64,000 bases of DNA from Nanobdellota archaeon (GTDB lineage: Archaea; Nanobdellota; Nanobdellia; Woesearchaeales; DATGWN01): the NCBI GenBank assembly GCA_051819685.1, contig JBNJGI010000001.1:18-64017 (forward strand), given 5' to 3'. Positions 20,696-30,358 of the stretch are shown in pieces. A model generated the notes under the pieces. It was not told the origin of the DNA, ran no database searches, and saw only the letters and a list, made by a program, of their open reading frames with translations. The position numbers and the translations under genes were made by a program. The number at the start of each line of letters is the position of its first letter. Position 1 is the stretch's first letter.

Positions 20696-21258
20696 AAAGT
20701 AAAAGAAGCCAGACAACACTAGTAGTAAATATAACTTTCGGAGTAATCTTTGTAATAGCAGTTTTTTTTGCATACCTTTTCATAGACCATGAATTCAAGA
20801 AACTGAAAGATATGGAAATAATAGAATTCCAGGAAATAGACAGTGCTTCAGCATATATATCCACATTGAAAGAAGCTGACAAAGATGCAGTTAAGGATCT
20901 TATTTCTATAAATAAAAAGATAATTGACAATATGGTAGAAAGTGATACAGCAGAAGGGAGACAGAAAGATAGGATAAAATACTATAAGACTTTCAGAAAT
21001 GAAATAGGGAAAGAAAGTAATGCTGACTTTTCTCCTGAGTATTGGGTACTTAGATATTATCCTCTAATAAAAGACAATGAGCTGGAACTATTTGTTCCTG
21101 CCACTCTTTTTTTCGGAAAAGGAAAAGACCCTTATGAATTAGACTGCTCAAATTTTGGTGAAGCAGGGATATACACTTGGAATCCTTCAGTAAATCCTAA
21201 TCTTCAAATAAGTACATTTTACAAAGAATACTGCAAGCTAATGGTGTTAAAAAAATGA
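20692..21258 (+). CDS. Pilin-like class III signal protein
   Basis: MKSKRSQTTLVVNITFGVIFVIAVFF; ATGA overlap at 20692. Confidence 0.75.
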   Translation: MKSKRSQTTLVVNITFGVIFVIAVFFAYLFIDHEFKKLKDMEIIEFQEIDSASAYISTLKEADKDAVKDLISINKKIIDNMVESDTAEGRQKDRIKYYKTFRNEIGKESNADFSPEYWVLRYYPLIKDNELELFVPATLFFGKGKDPYELDCSNFGEAGIYTWNPSVNPNLQISTFYKEYCKLMVLKK

Positions 21259-22010
21259 TAAGGAAATTTTCAAAAAAAGGCGTATCAATTTTCATAGTAG
21301 CTCTTATAATGTTTTTTCTCCTGGGATCCCTTACAATAGCAGTACATGAGATAACAAACAGAATAGATTTCCGTGAATATGCAGGAAAAGATGCAGCAGT
21401 CTTGACAAGATTACAAAGAATAACCGAAAGCCATATATTTTTTATTGAGACAGTAGCTGAAGATTACTTTAAAAACAAAGCATCAGATTACGAAGAAGCT
21501 ATTAAAGGAGTCAAGTTCGAGCTTGAAAATACTACAAAACAAAAATATGAAATGCAGAAAAATCTATTCTTAAAAAATCTTGAACAAAAATTCAATAATT
21601 ATTATAAACAAAAAGCAGAAACCTATAATAATTACATACAGGATAATATCAGAAAAAGAGATGGATATTTTCTTGATAAAAATATTGATTTCAAACTATA
21701 CTCTTATAAAGACAAGCTCAAAGGAATTGCTTTAAAAAAACAAATAATTTCATCATGGAAAAAATCCGGAGGATATTTACATTACTTTCCTCATTTCAGT
21801 ATAAATATGCCTGAATTAAAAATGCTGAAAAATATAGAAAAAATAAAAAAAGAAAGAGTAAAATTAGAAAAATGTCTCATAGAACAAGATAATTTCGATA
21901 ACTGCAGGAAAAAATCTGATCTTGATATTCAAGGAGATTATAATAACAAAATAGCTGATCTTGAAATCAACATAGACGGATTCATATATCTTATAGAATT
22001 CAAAGTATAA
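21255..22010 (+). CDS. Pilin-like class III signal protein
   Basis: FSKKGVSIFIVALIMFFLLG. Confidence 0.75.
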   Translation: MIRKFSKKGVSIFIVALIMFFLLGSLTIAVHEITNRIDFREYAGKDAAVLTRLQRITESHIFFIETVAEDYFKNKASDYEEAIKGVKFELENTTKQKYEMQKNLFLKNLEQKFNNYYKQKAETYNNYIQDNIRKRDGYFLDKNIDFKLYSYKDKLKGIALKKQIISSWKKSGGYLHYFPHFSINMPELKMLKNIEKIKKERVKLEKCLIEQDNFDNCRKKSDLDIQGDYNNKIADLEINIDGFIYLIEFKV

Positions 22011-22398
22011 TTAAATAAAAAATAATCGTTAATATAATACCTGAAACAATACCTGTAAGTACTTCTGGAACAGAATGTCCGATTCTTTCATCCATTTCTT
22101 TCTTTTTTGACAATTTATTAAGCTTCAAAGAATGATTTTGCAACTCTCTTCTTAAACCTAATGCATCTCTTATAAAAAGTGCTGAAAATATCAGAGATAC
22201 AGCAAAAACAATGCTAAAACCTTCAATCAAAAAAACAGAAGTGCATAAAGCTGCAACAAGTGAGGCATGGCTACTTGGCATCCCTCCATATGAAAAAAAC
22301 CCTTTAGAACCATATCCTTTATTAATCAATGGTTTGACTACTTGTGTAAGCATTACAATGATAATACAATTAATTATTACAAATAAAGTTCCATCCAT
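22000..22398 (-). CDS. Divergent PAP2 family membrane protein (DUF212)
   Basis: GGMPSSHA, DALGLRR, IGHSVPEV. Confidence 0.9.
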   Translation of the reverse strand: MDGTLFVIINCIIIVMLTQVVKPLINKGYGSKGFFSYGGMPSSHASLVAALCTSVFLIEGFSIVFAVSLIFSALFIRDALGLRRELQNHSLKLNKLSKKKEMDERIGHSVPEVLTGIVSGIILTIIFYLIIL

Positions 22399-22551
22399 AA
22401 ATGTTAAATAATTCCCATATTTATATATTTTTCAATATATATTCCTTTTCCATTCCTTACTCTTAATTCAAATATTACTTCAAAATAATTCATAACTCAT
22501 ATAATTTTATTTCCAAAATATTTATAAAAGGATGCAATTCCACAAAACACT

Positions 22552-22815
22552 ATGGTAGCAGGAAATAAAAAAAGCGGAAGCGCTAAGAAATTCCATAAAA
22601 AAGTCTCTAAAGATACAGTGTTAAGGTTTAAGAACAAAAAACCTAAAGTTGCACGATGTCAATTGACTGGTGAAAAACTAGCAGGAGTGCCAAGACTTTC
22701 AAAAGCTAAATCCGGAAATGCTTCTAAAAGTAAAAAAAGACCTGAAAGGCCTTTCGGAGGCGCATTAAGTCCAAAAGCTACTAAAAGAGTAATGATCGAA
22801 CGAGCTCGTAGTTGA
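22552..22815 (+). CDS. rpl34e: 50S ribosomal protein L34e
   Basis: LAGVPR..KSKKRPERPFGG; adjacent to L14e. Confidence 0.9.
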   Translation: MVAGNKKSGSAKKFHKKVSKDTVLRFKNKKPKVARCQLTGEKLAGVPRLSKAKSGNASKSKKRPERPFGGALSPKATKRVMIERARS

Positions 22816-22855
22816 ATTGGCGACAATCGACATGATTCTCAGCTCGGAGGTTAAG

Positions 22856-23227
22856 ATGATATACGAAATAGGAAGAGTATGTATGAAAATAGCAGGAAGA
22901 GATGCAGGTAATTACTGTGTTATCATAGACAAGAAAGATAATAATTTTGTAGAAATTGACGGGCAGACAAGAAGGAAAAAATGTAATATAAACCACCTTG
23001 AGCCTACAGAAAAATCAATTGATATAAAAAAAGGAGCTTCTAATAAAGAAGTATCTGAAGCTCTTACAAAAGAAGGTTTTGAGACAAAAGAAAAAAGCAG
23101 TTCGGCAAAAAAACCTTCAGAAAAGCCTAAAAAAACAGGAAAAAAAGTAAAGGCAAATAAAAAAGAAGATTCAAAAGAGAAAAAGAAAGAATCTAAAAAT
23201 CAAGAATCTTCTGAAAAAAAAGAATAA
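22856..23227 (+). CDS. rpl14e: 50S ribosomal protein L14e
   Basis: IGRVCMKIAGRDAG..RRKKCNINHLEPT; GGAGG RBS before ATG 22856. Confidence 0.95.
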   Translation: MIYEIGRVCMKIAGRDAGNYCVIIDKKDNNFVEIDGQTRRKKCNINHLEPTEKSIDIKKGASNKEVSEALTKEGFETKEKSSSAKKPSEKPKKTGKKVKANKKEDSKEKKKESKNQESSEKKE

Positions 23228-23231
23228 AAAG

Positions 23232-23891
23232 TTATTTTTTCCTTAAAAATTTCCTGAGTTCATTATTAATTTTATTGAAATCAGGAAACAATTTTTCTTC
23301 CTTCTTGAATTCTGATGTATGATGCATCCTCTTTCCAGTATCAGATGAACGGAACTTATGCTTCTTATGAAGCATCTCATGATAGACAACATACTTTAAA
23401 TATTTTTTTTCGTTTTCCTGCAAATCCTTAAATACTCTGCTTATAGTAATCTTATCCTTAGTGTAACTATAATGCCCTAAAGTCCTTTTAGAATATTTGC
23501 CCCAATCTATAGATGAGACTTCAATTTCTCCAGAAAAATAAATATTATTTATATCTTCAAAAATTTTCAAAAGATAGGGGTCAGAATACTTCTTTTCCGG
23601 ATATTTACCCAAATTAGCTATAAAATGATCATAAATATCCATATTAATAGTTCTATTCCTATTGATTCTGAAAATCTTTTTCATAAGAGATTGTAAAAGC
23701 CCTATAACAATATCTTTAGAAACATCTTTCCACTTATAGCTCAAATTAAAATTATATTCTTTATTCTTGTATTTAACATTAGCATTAAAATCACTAAAAC
23801 GCCTTGAATAAGACAAACTCATATCGAAATTATCGAAATTAACATCAGGTTCAAGCATTTCATAAGCATTTCTTAATAATTCGTTCTCCAT
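23232..23891 (-). CDS. SprT-like/YgjP zinc metalloprotease
   Basis: RTLGHY, YVVYHEMLH, HHTSEFKKEE. Confidence 0.8.
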   Translation of the reverse strand: MENELLRNAYEMLEPDVNFDNFDMSLSYSRRFSDFNANVKYKNKEYNFNLSYKWKDVSKDIVIGLLQSLMKKIFRINRNRTINMDIYDHFIANLGKYPEKKYSDPYLLKIFEDINNIYFSGEIEVSSIDWGKYSKRTLGHYSYTKDKITISRVFKDLQENEKKYLKYVVYHEMLHKKHKFRSSDTGKRMHHTSEFKKEEKLFPDFNKINNELRKFLRKK

Positions 23892-23892
23892 T

Positions 23893-25677
23893 TTATTTTT
23901 TAGAATTAAGGTCATTAGGAATCTTTAAAACAAATTCTGAACCTTTATTAAGCTTACTATTCAATGTTATATTTCCATGATGAAGCTCTATAATATGTTT
24001 AGATATAGTCAAACCCAAACCACTTCCTTTAATATTTCTTTTCATATGCCCTTCTGCTTGTAAAAATGGTTGGAATATATTTTTCTGATCTTTCTTTGAA
24101 ATACCTATACCTGTATCTTTTATTCTTATAGTACAATAATTCTTTCCGCTATTTATCTTAACAAATATCTTGCCGTTATTAGGAGTAAATTTAATAGCAT
24201 TACCTACAAGATTATAAATGACTTGATATATCTTATCTTTATCATGAGCAATAAACAAAGATTTCCTTCCTTCCCTTTCCAGAGAAATATTCTTATTTTT
24301 TATCTGTATCATAAGACTATCGATAGCTCCTTTCACTGTATTTACAATATCCTCATCCTGTAAATTTAATGTACTTCGGCCTGATTCAAGTCTTGAAAGA
24401 TCAAGAATATCATTAATCAGATTAGATAACCTTTTACTTTCGTTATCAATAACACTTATACTTTCCTTTTGCTTATCATTAATATCCCCTAATCTTTCTG
24501 AAAGAAGCAAAGAAGCATAACCTCTTATAGAAGTCAAAGGAGTTCTAAGTTCATGAGAGACGACAGAGACAAACTCTGATTTAAGATTATTCATTCTCCT
24601 TAATTCAATATTTGCATCCCTCAATTCTTTAGTAGCTGAATTAACTTTCTTCTGCAACTCTTTCTCTCTGAGCTTATAAGCCTCCTCAAGCTCTTTCTGA
24701 AGAATTATATTTTCAGATACATCTCTTATCATAAGAACAGTTCCATCAAAATCGCTCAATTTACTTTTCAATGGATAAGAAAGGATATTTAGATATCTCG
24801 TATTACCTTCTTCATTCTCAAATTTAATATATTTAATCTCATGGTCTTTCATATAAAAAGAAGTATTCTTTACAATTTTCTTAACATTATCCATGTTTTT
24901 CTTTTTGCTGAAAATTTGTAGAAAATTTTTTCCTAAAATATTATTCTCATCTAACTGAAATAATTTACTTGCATTATCGTTCCATAATACAACATTATCA
25001 TTAGAATTATCTATACCTATAAGACCAACAGGAAGATTATCGACAATATTCTGATACACATTTTCAAGAACTTCTATAGTTTTAGAAAAATGTGAAAGTC
25101 TGCTTGAAAGATTGATAGATTGAAGCCCGAAAGCAAAGTGATCTATAATAATCCTCAAATAATCATAATCTCCATAATTAAACTTATTCTTTTTTGTACC
25201 GAAAAAAAATGCTCCGAAAGTATTTTTCTGAAGATAAAATTTAATAACATGCAAATAACTATAATCCGAATAGCTTTTAGAATAAGAAAGATAATTATTC
25301 AACTTTACATCTTCTTTTGATATATTAAAATAATGTCTTGTATTTTCTATTCTTTTTACAAAATTATCTGAAACTTCTATACTACTATGGCCTTTAATGC
25401 TATCATAAATACATGAGAAATTTCTATTAACTGGATCGCAAAAAACAATACCTCCGAATAAAACTCCTGGAGTCATATCTACAATTGTAGAAAGGGCTTT
25501 TTTAGATATATCTTTAAGATTTTTCTGTTTATAGAAACTTTTACTCACTTCGAAAAGAACCCTTAACCTTTCATTCATAGATTTGTTAAATTTCTTTTTA
25601 TTATTTATTAGAATAAATCCCAGAATAAAGACAGAAACGACAAGTATACTTAATTCCGCGATAAGCAGGTTAACCAT
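23893..25677 (-). CDS. Membrane-anchored sensor histidine kinase (TM-GAF-PAS-HisKA-HATPase)
   Basis: SHELRTPLTSI, NLVGNAIKFT, DTGIGI, GSGLGL; PAS NLPVGLIGID..WNDNA. Confidence 0.95.
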   Translation of the reverse strand: MVNLLIAELSILVVSVFILGFILINNKKKFNKSMNERLRVLFEVSKSFYKQKNLKDISKKALSTIVDMTPGVLFGGIVFCDPVNRNFSCIYDSIKGHSSIEVSDNFVKRIENTRHYFNISKEDVKLNNYLSYSKSYSDYSYLHVIKFYLQKNTFGAFFFGTKKNKFNYGDYDYLRIIIDHFAFGLQSINLSSRLSHFSKTIEVLENVYQNIVDNLPVGLIGIDNSNDNVVLWNDNASKLFQLDENNILGKNFLQIFSKKKNMDNVKKIVKNTSFYMKDHEIKYIKFENEEGNTRYLNILSYPLKSKLSDFDGTVLMIRDVSENIILQKELEEAYKLREKELQKKVNSATKELRDANIELRRMNNLKSEFVSVVSHELRTPLTSIRGYASLLLSERLGDINDKQKESISVIDNESKRLSNLINDILDLSRLESGRSTLNLQDEDIVNTVKGAIDSLMIQIKNKNISLEREGRKSLFIAHDKDKIYQVIYNLVGNAIKFTPNNGKIFVKINSGKNYCTIRIKDTGIGISKKDQKNIFQPFLQAEGHMKRNIKGSGLGLTISKHIIELHHGNITLNSKLNKGSEFVLKIPNDLNSKK

Positions 25678-25681
25678 TTGC

Positions 25682-26653
25682 TCAGTGTTTTATTGTATCG
25701 ATAACCAATGACATCTTCTTAAAATCACCTTTATTATCATTACCGGTATAAAGGTAAGGAAGTGTTTCAGTAAACCTTTTCTTCATCTCATCGATACTTT
25801 TACTTATATCTTTTGAAGAAAATATAGTAAAAATATTATCTTCAATATGTCCTATAAAATTATTTTCATCTTTAATACAATCCATTATCATCTTTCCGAT
25901 CAATTGAATTGTCTCATAACTTTTCTTATGACCAAAAAACTTAACATAATCATCAAAATGATTCACCTTGACCTTAATTTCATACCATGAATTCTTTTTA
26001 TCCCATATATTCTTATTCTCTTCTGCAATTATCTTTGATGGAATCCCTGTAATTGGATTCACGGAATAAAGGCCTTCTTTTACTTTAAGTCTGCTTTGTA
26101 TTCTGGCTTCAAGCTCAAGAGGGTCAAAAGGCTTAGTAATGTAATCATCTGCTCCCATATCCATTAGATTAACCTTATCTTTGATTTCACCTTTTGCAGA
26201 AAGGATAATTACAGGTATATTTTTAGTTAATACATTTCTTTTCACTTCTTTACATAAATCTTCTCCACTTTTTTTTGGCATCATAAGATCAAGAACAATT
26301 ATATCTGGAATTATTTTATTGATCATCTCGGATGCTTTTTCTCCATCATAAGCTTCATAAATATCATATCTGCCTTCAGAAAGACTTAACCTTATAAGAT
26401 CCACAATATTCTTCTCATCATCAGCTACAAGCACTCTGAATTTCTTTGAAAATTCAGCCAATTTCCAATACATAGCTGAAGCTATCTTCGTTGAAGTGAC
26501 TAACTTTTCTGCTTTAAGGATCTGAAGATATTTTCCGATAGTAATACGATTATGATTTATTCTATTTGCTATTTCAGAAGCTGAAGCTCCAGCAGGATTT
26601 TCTCTCAAAAAAGATATAATTTTACTTTTTATTTCAAAATCACTTGAATTCAT
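25682..26653 (-). CDS. Response regulator: wHTH, receiver domain, degenerate GGDEF-like domain
   Basis: ASEIANRINHNRITIGKYL; VADDE, LDLMMP, YITKPF; NPITGIP..NHFDDYVKFFGH..FIGHIEDNIF. Confidence 0.85.
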   Translation of the reverse strand: MNSSDFEIKSKIISFLRENPAGASASEIANRINHNRITIGKYLQILKAEKLVTSTKIASAMYWKLAEFSKKFRVLVADDEKNIVDLIRLSLSEGRYDIYEAYDGEKASEMINKIIPDIIVLDLMMPKKSGEDLCKEVKRNVLTKNIPVIILSAKGEIKDKVNLMDMGADDYITKPFDPLELEARIQSRLKVKEGLYSVNPITGIPSKIIAEENKNIWDKKNSWYEIKVKVNHFDDYVKFFGHKKSYETIQLIGKMIMDCIKDENNFIGHIEDNIFTIFSSKDISKSIDEMKKRFTETLPYLYTGNDNKGDFKKMSLVIDTIKH

Positions 26654-26730
26654 ATTAATTTATGATAATGTCTTTTCTTTTAAATAATTTGTTATACATA
26701 ACTGTTAAAATACTTCTTATAAATTAAATA

Positions 26731-27209
26731 TAGTAGGCGACATAAGATTGTTATATTTTTATATTGCCTTGCAGAAAACCCAGAAATTTGGCTAGACAAA
26801 TTCTGTCAAATATTGAAACTTAAAATAAAATGAGTGATGATATTGCTTCGAAGTAGTTTTTTAATTTGCGGTAAGGAGTGAAACGACTTACAGGAGCGCA
26901 AATTCAATCAAGTTCGCCCGGACAAAATAATTTGCCTTTACAAATTGACTTGTTCGGGGGGTTTTATACCCTTTTACTTTTATTAAACTTGTTTAAGGCT
27001 AGGAACAAAGTGACTATACCGCACTAAAAGTTTCTACTTGTTGAAACCGCCGAAAGGTTTTCCTTGACAGCGTGCCGGAACAGTTTCACGAATATTTGTT
27101 CGCAACATCACTCACTTTTATAGATGTGCTCAAATTTCTTAATAGTTAAACCATTAGTGTTTAATTATCCTGCGCCATATAAAATATACTTTATTTATGT
27201 CGTCTACTA
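26731..27209 (+). mobile_element. Complete MITE B with nested MITE A (26815-27130), which carries a ~165-bp insert
   Basis: Ends TAGTAGGCGACATAA and TTATGTCGTCTACTA; A flanked by CAAATATT and CAAATTTC. Confidence 0.88.
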
Positions 27210-27221
27210 ATATTCCTTAAA

Positions 27222-27266
27222 TAGTCGTTGACATAGATAAAGTATAACACTCTTATATCGTTGACT
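27222..27266 (-). mobile_element. 45-bp mini MITE B (two fused ends)
   Basis: TAGTCGTTGACATAGATAAAGTATA plus ACACTCTTATATCGTTGACTA resemble the two B termini. Confidence 0.6.
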
Positions 27267-27312
27267 AAAAAATCATTTTATTTAAAAATAATAAAAACTT
27301 CCCTATTTCAAA

Positions 27313-28071
27313 ATGGTTTCAGTTGTCAGTACTGCGCAAGTTCAAAAAGGGAAATCTTATTATGGTCTTGGGAAAAAAATTATTGATATAGAAGATTCTG
27401 AAAAAGTTGTTAGCGGTAGCAATTACTATGCAGATTTCGGAATAAGACATTTATTGGAAATCGCAAAAAATCCTCAATATGAAAATGCTTTTGAACCCGG
27501 TACAGGTAGAGGATTCTATTTTGTAGGAGTTATGTCATTACCTAATATGAAATTTGGAAGAGCTGTAGATTTGAATCCTCGTGCTGTAAATCTTACAAAA
27601 AAAAATTTGTGGAGAAATAACATAGAAAAGCCAGTAGATGTTCAAGTACAAGACTGTTTCGAATACATGAAAAAAGATTTCCGGACTGATCTTATTATGG
27701 TCGATCTTCCTCTTATACCAGTACCGAAAGATGAAAAATTACCTTATGGTTTAAGAAGAATCGTTGATGGAGGCCCATCAGGTAATAGGAACCTGAAAAA
27801 GATAATAAATAATTCTCCTTATCATCTTAATGAAAATGGTTCTTTGTTTTTTGTAACATCTGATTTTATTAACCATGATATTTTTGATTTGATGACAGAA
27901 AACAACCTTGAACCTCATCTTATGGGGAGAAAAAAAAAGCATCTTGATGAAACTAAATTAACCTCAAAATTGAGGTCACATATTGAGGAACATCTTGATT
28001 ATCGTTTTAAAAAGGATAATAAAGGATTATATTTTTTGCTTGAAGCTGTTAAAGGTGTATATAAACCTTAA
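27313..28071 (+). CDS. Class I SAM-dependent methyltransferase (HemK-like)
   Basis: FEPGTGRG, AVDLNPRAV, DLIMVDLPLIP, VDGGPSG. Confidence 0.8.
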   Translation: MVSVVSTAQVQKGKSYYGLGKKIIDIEDSEKVVSGSNYYADFGIRHLLEIAKNPQYENAFEPGTGRGFYFVGVMSLPNMKFGRAVDLNPRAVNLTKKNLWRNNIEKPVDVQVQDCFEYMKKDFRTDLIMVDLPLIPVPKDEKLPYGLRRIVDGGPSGNRNLKKIINNSPYHLNENGSLFFVTSDFINHDIFDLMTENNLEPHLMGRKKKHLDETKLTSKLRSHIEEHLDYRFKKDNKGLYFLLEAVKGVYKP

Positions 28072-28119
28072 ACAATCCTAATCTAATACATCATCTATTA
28101 TTTTTAATTTCTTTAATCA

Positions 28120-28262
28120 ACACATAAAATAAGGATAATATTTCCTTGAAATAATATTTTAATTTTGGGTAAGAAATGGAATTATTTACAGGAGCGCGAA
28201 TTTAATCAAGTTAACATAGAACAAACATTTTTAACAATATCACTCACTTTTTTGTATAAGTT
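28120..28262 (+). mobile_element. Degenerate MITE A
   Basis: TTTACAGGAGCGCGAATTTAATCAAG..CAATATCACTCACTTTT. Confidence 0.75.
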
Positions 28263-28305
28263 TTAAATCAAAGTATTTATAAATAAGCTAAAACGACACT
28301 TTTAT

Positions 28306-29805
28306 ATGGAAGAATCTGATATTTTAGAAAAAGAAAAGAAAAGAAAATTAGAAGAGATAAGAGCTATGGACATTAATCCTTATCCTTATTCTTATAAAAG
28401 GGATTCATATTCATATGATATAAAAGAATTAAATTCTGGGCTTGAAAAAGAACAACATTCTGAAAATAAATGTTCAGTAGCAGGAAGAATAATTTCTATA
28501 AGACGTATGGGGCGTGCTTCTTTTATGCACATTAAAGACCAGAAAGGCAAGATACAATTATACTTAAGAGAAGATTCTGTAGGTAAGAAAAATTATAAGT
28601 TTTTGAAAAAATTAGATATAGGTGACTTCATAGGGGCTGAAGGTGAGATATTTAAGACAAAAACAGGCGAAGTATCGATATATGTCAGTGAATATTCAAT
28701 ATTAAGCAAATCTTTGAAACCCTTACCTGAAAAATTCCATGGATTGAAAGACAAAGAATTAAGATATAGACAAAGATATCTCGATCTTATAATGAATGAT
28801 GAAGTCATGGATATATTCAGGAAAAGAAGTATTATAATAAAAGCTATAAGAGAATTCCTTGATAATAAAGGTTTTTTAGAAGTAGAAACACCTTTACTTC
28901 AAACTCAGTACGGTGGTGCTAAAGCAAGACCTTTCGAGACACATATAAATGCTTGGGATATGAAAATGTACTTATCTATTTCACCTGAGCTTTATCTTAA
29001 AAGATTATTAGTTGGTGGTTTTGAGAAAATATATACTATATGCAAAAATTTCCGTAATGAAGGTGTCGATCAAAGCCACAATCCTGAATTCACGATGATA
29101 GAGATTTATCAGGCTTATACTGATTATAATGATATGATGAAGCTGATTGAAGAATGTTATGAATATGTATCTTTAAAAGTCAATGGAAATACAAAGATAA
29201 ATTATAATGCAAATGGAACTTATCACGAAGTTGACTTAAAAGCACCTTGGCCAAGATTATCTATGGCTGAAGCTATAAAAAAATATTTATCTATAGATGT
29301 TAAAGATATGAGTAAAGAAGAACTTGTTGATTTCGCAACCAAAAATAATCTTGAAGTGAGTGCTAATGACACTTGGGGTGATATTGTTATAGAAATATTT
29401 GAACTAGTGGAAGAAAAAATAATACAACCTACACATATTTATGATCATCCTAAAGAAGGAACTCCTTTATGCAAAAGCAAAAGAGATGATAATAGGTTCA
29501 ATGAACAATGTGAACCTATAGGATTTGGTATGGAATTAGGTAATATGTATTCTGAGCTTAATGATCCTGATCTTCAGGAAAAACACCTTAGTGCGCAAGC
29601 AGAAAAAGGAAGAGGTGGTGATGAAGAAGCTCACCCAATGGATAATGATTTTATCAATGCTATTAAAGTAGGGATGCCTCCTACTGGTGGAATCGGCTGG
29701 GGTATTGATAGGATGGTTATGTTACTGACAGGAGCTGAAAGTATAAGGGATGTAATTCTATTTCCTACAATGAAACCTGAAGATAAAGAAGAAACTAATT
29801 CTTGA
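28306..29805 (+). CDS. lysS: Lysine--tRNA ligase, class II
   Basis: YRQRYLDL, EVETP, FRNEG..HNPEFT, GMPPTGGIGWGIDR. Confidence 0.97.
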   Translation: MEESDILEKEKKRKLEEIRAMDINPYPYSYKRDSYSYDIKELNSGLEKEQHSENKCSVAGRIISIRRMGRASFMHIKDQKGKIQLYLREDSVGKKNYKFLKKLDIGDFIGAEGEIFKTKTGEVSIYVSEYSILSKSLKPLPEKFHGLKDKELRYRQRYLDLIMNDEVMDIFRKRSIIIKAIREFLDNKGFLEVETPLLQTQYGGAKARPFETHINAWDMKMYLSISPELYLKRLLVGGFEKIYTICKNFRNEGVDQSHNPEFTMIEIYQAYTDYNDMMKLIEECYEYVSLKVNGNTKINYNANGTYHEVDLKAPWPRLSMAEAIKKYLSIDVKDMSKEELVDFATKNNLEVSANDTWGDIVIEIFELVEEKIIQPTHIYDHPKEGTPLCKSKRDDNRFNEQCEPIGFGMELGNMYSELNDPDLQEKHLSAQAEKGRGGDEEAHPMDNDFINAIKVGMPPTGGIGWGIDRMVMLLTGAESIRDVILFPTMKPEDKEETNS

Positions 29806-30358
29806 ATTCATGTATTTTTTTAAGTATAAGTTCTGCAGATTCTTCCTGACTTATTTCAGAAGTATCTATAGAAATATCGAAATTATCTTTATCATAAGGA
29901 TCCACATCATATAACATTTTATATCTTTTAGAATCACTTTCCATCCTTTCTTTTATTATTTTCATCTGCTTTTCTATACTTGAAACTTCTAGTTCATTCC
30001 TTTTATTTTCTTTTGATTTCTGATTAAAAATTCTTTCAGCAGCGATTTTTTCATTACAATAAAGAAATACTTTGATAGATTGTGGTATGAAATAAAAACC
30101 AAGTCTGGCTACAACTATAAAATCATTGTTATCTTTTCCAAAACTTTCAATTTTATTATCAAAATATTCATCACCTTCAGAAGGATTGTTTTCAGACCAT
30201 TCATTAAACTCTTCAATAGTCATACCTTTATCTTTTGCAAATTGCCTTCTTAATGCACCTACATCCACAATCCTGTGATTTTGGCCTAATCTATTTTTAA
30301 TTAATTCAGAAACAGTAGATTTTCCACTTCCGGGAGTCCCTGTTATAGTTATCTTCAT
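29795..30358 (-). CDS. cmk: Cytidylate kinase (archaeal type)
   Basis: ITITGTPGSGKST, RMESDSKRYKMLY. Confidence 0.85.
   Translation of the reverse strand: MKITITGTPGSGKSTVSELIKNRLGQNHRIVDVGALRRQFAKDKGMTIEEFNEWSENNPSEGDEYFDNKIESFGKDNNDFIVVARLGFYFIPQSIKVFLYCNEKIAAERIFNQKSKENKRNELEVSSIEKQMKIIKERMESDSKRYKMLYDVDPYDKDNFDISIDTSEISQEESAELILKKIHEFKN

Noticed and set aside
27060..27100. Group II intron domain V remnant
   Set aside because: Only a faint CGTG..CACG resemblance; no proper DV stem, and CACGAA belongs to element A.
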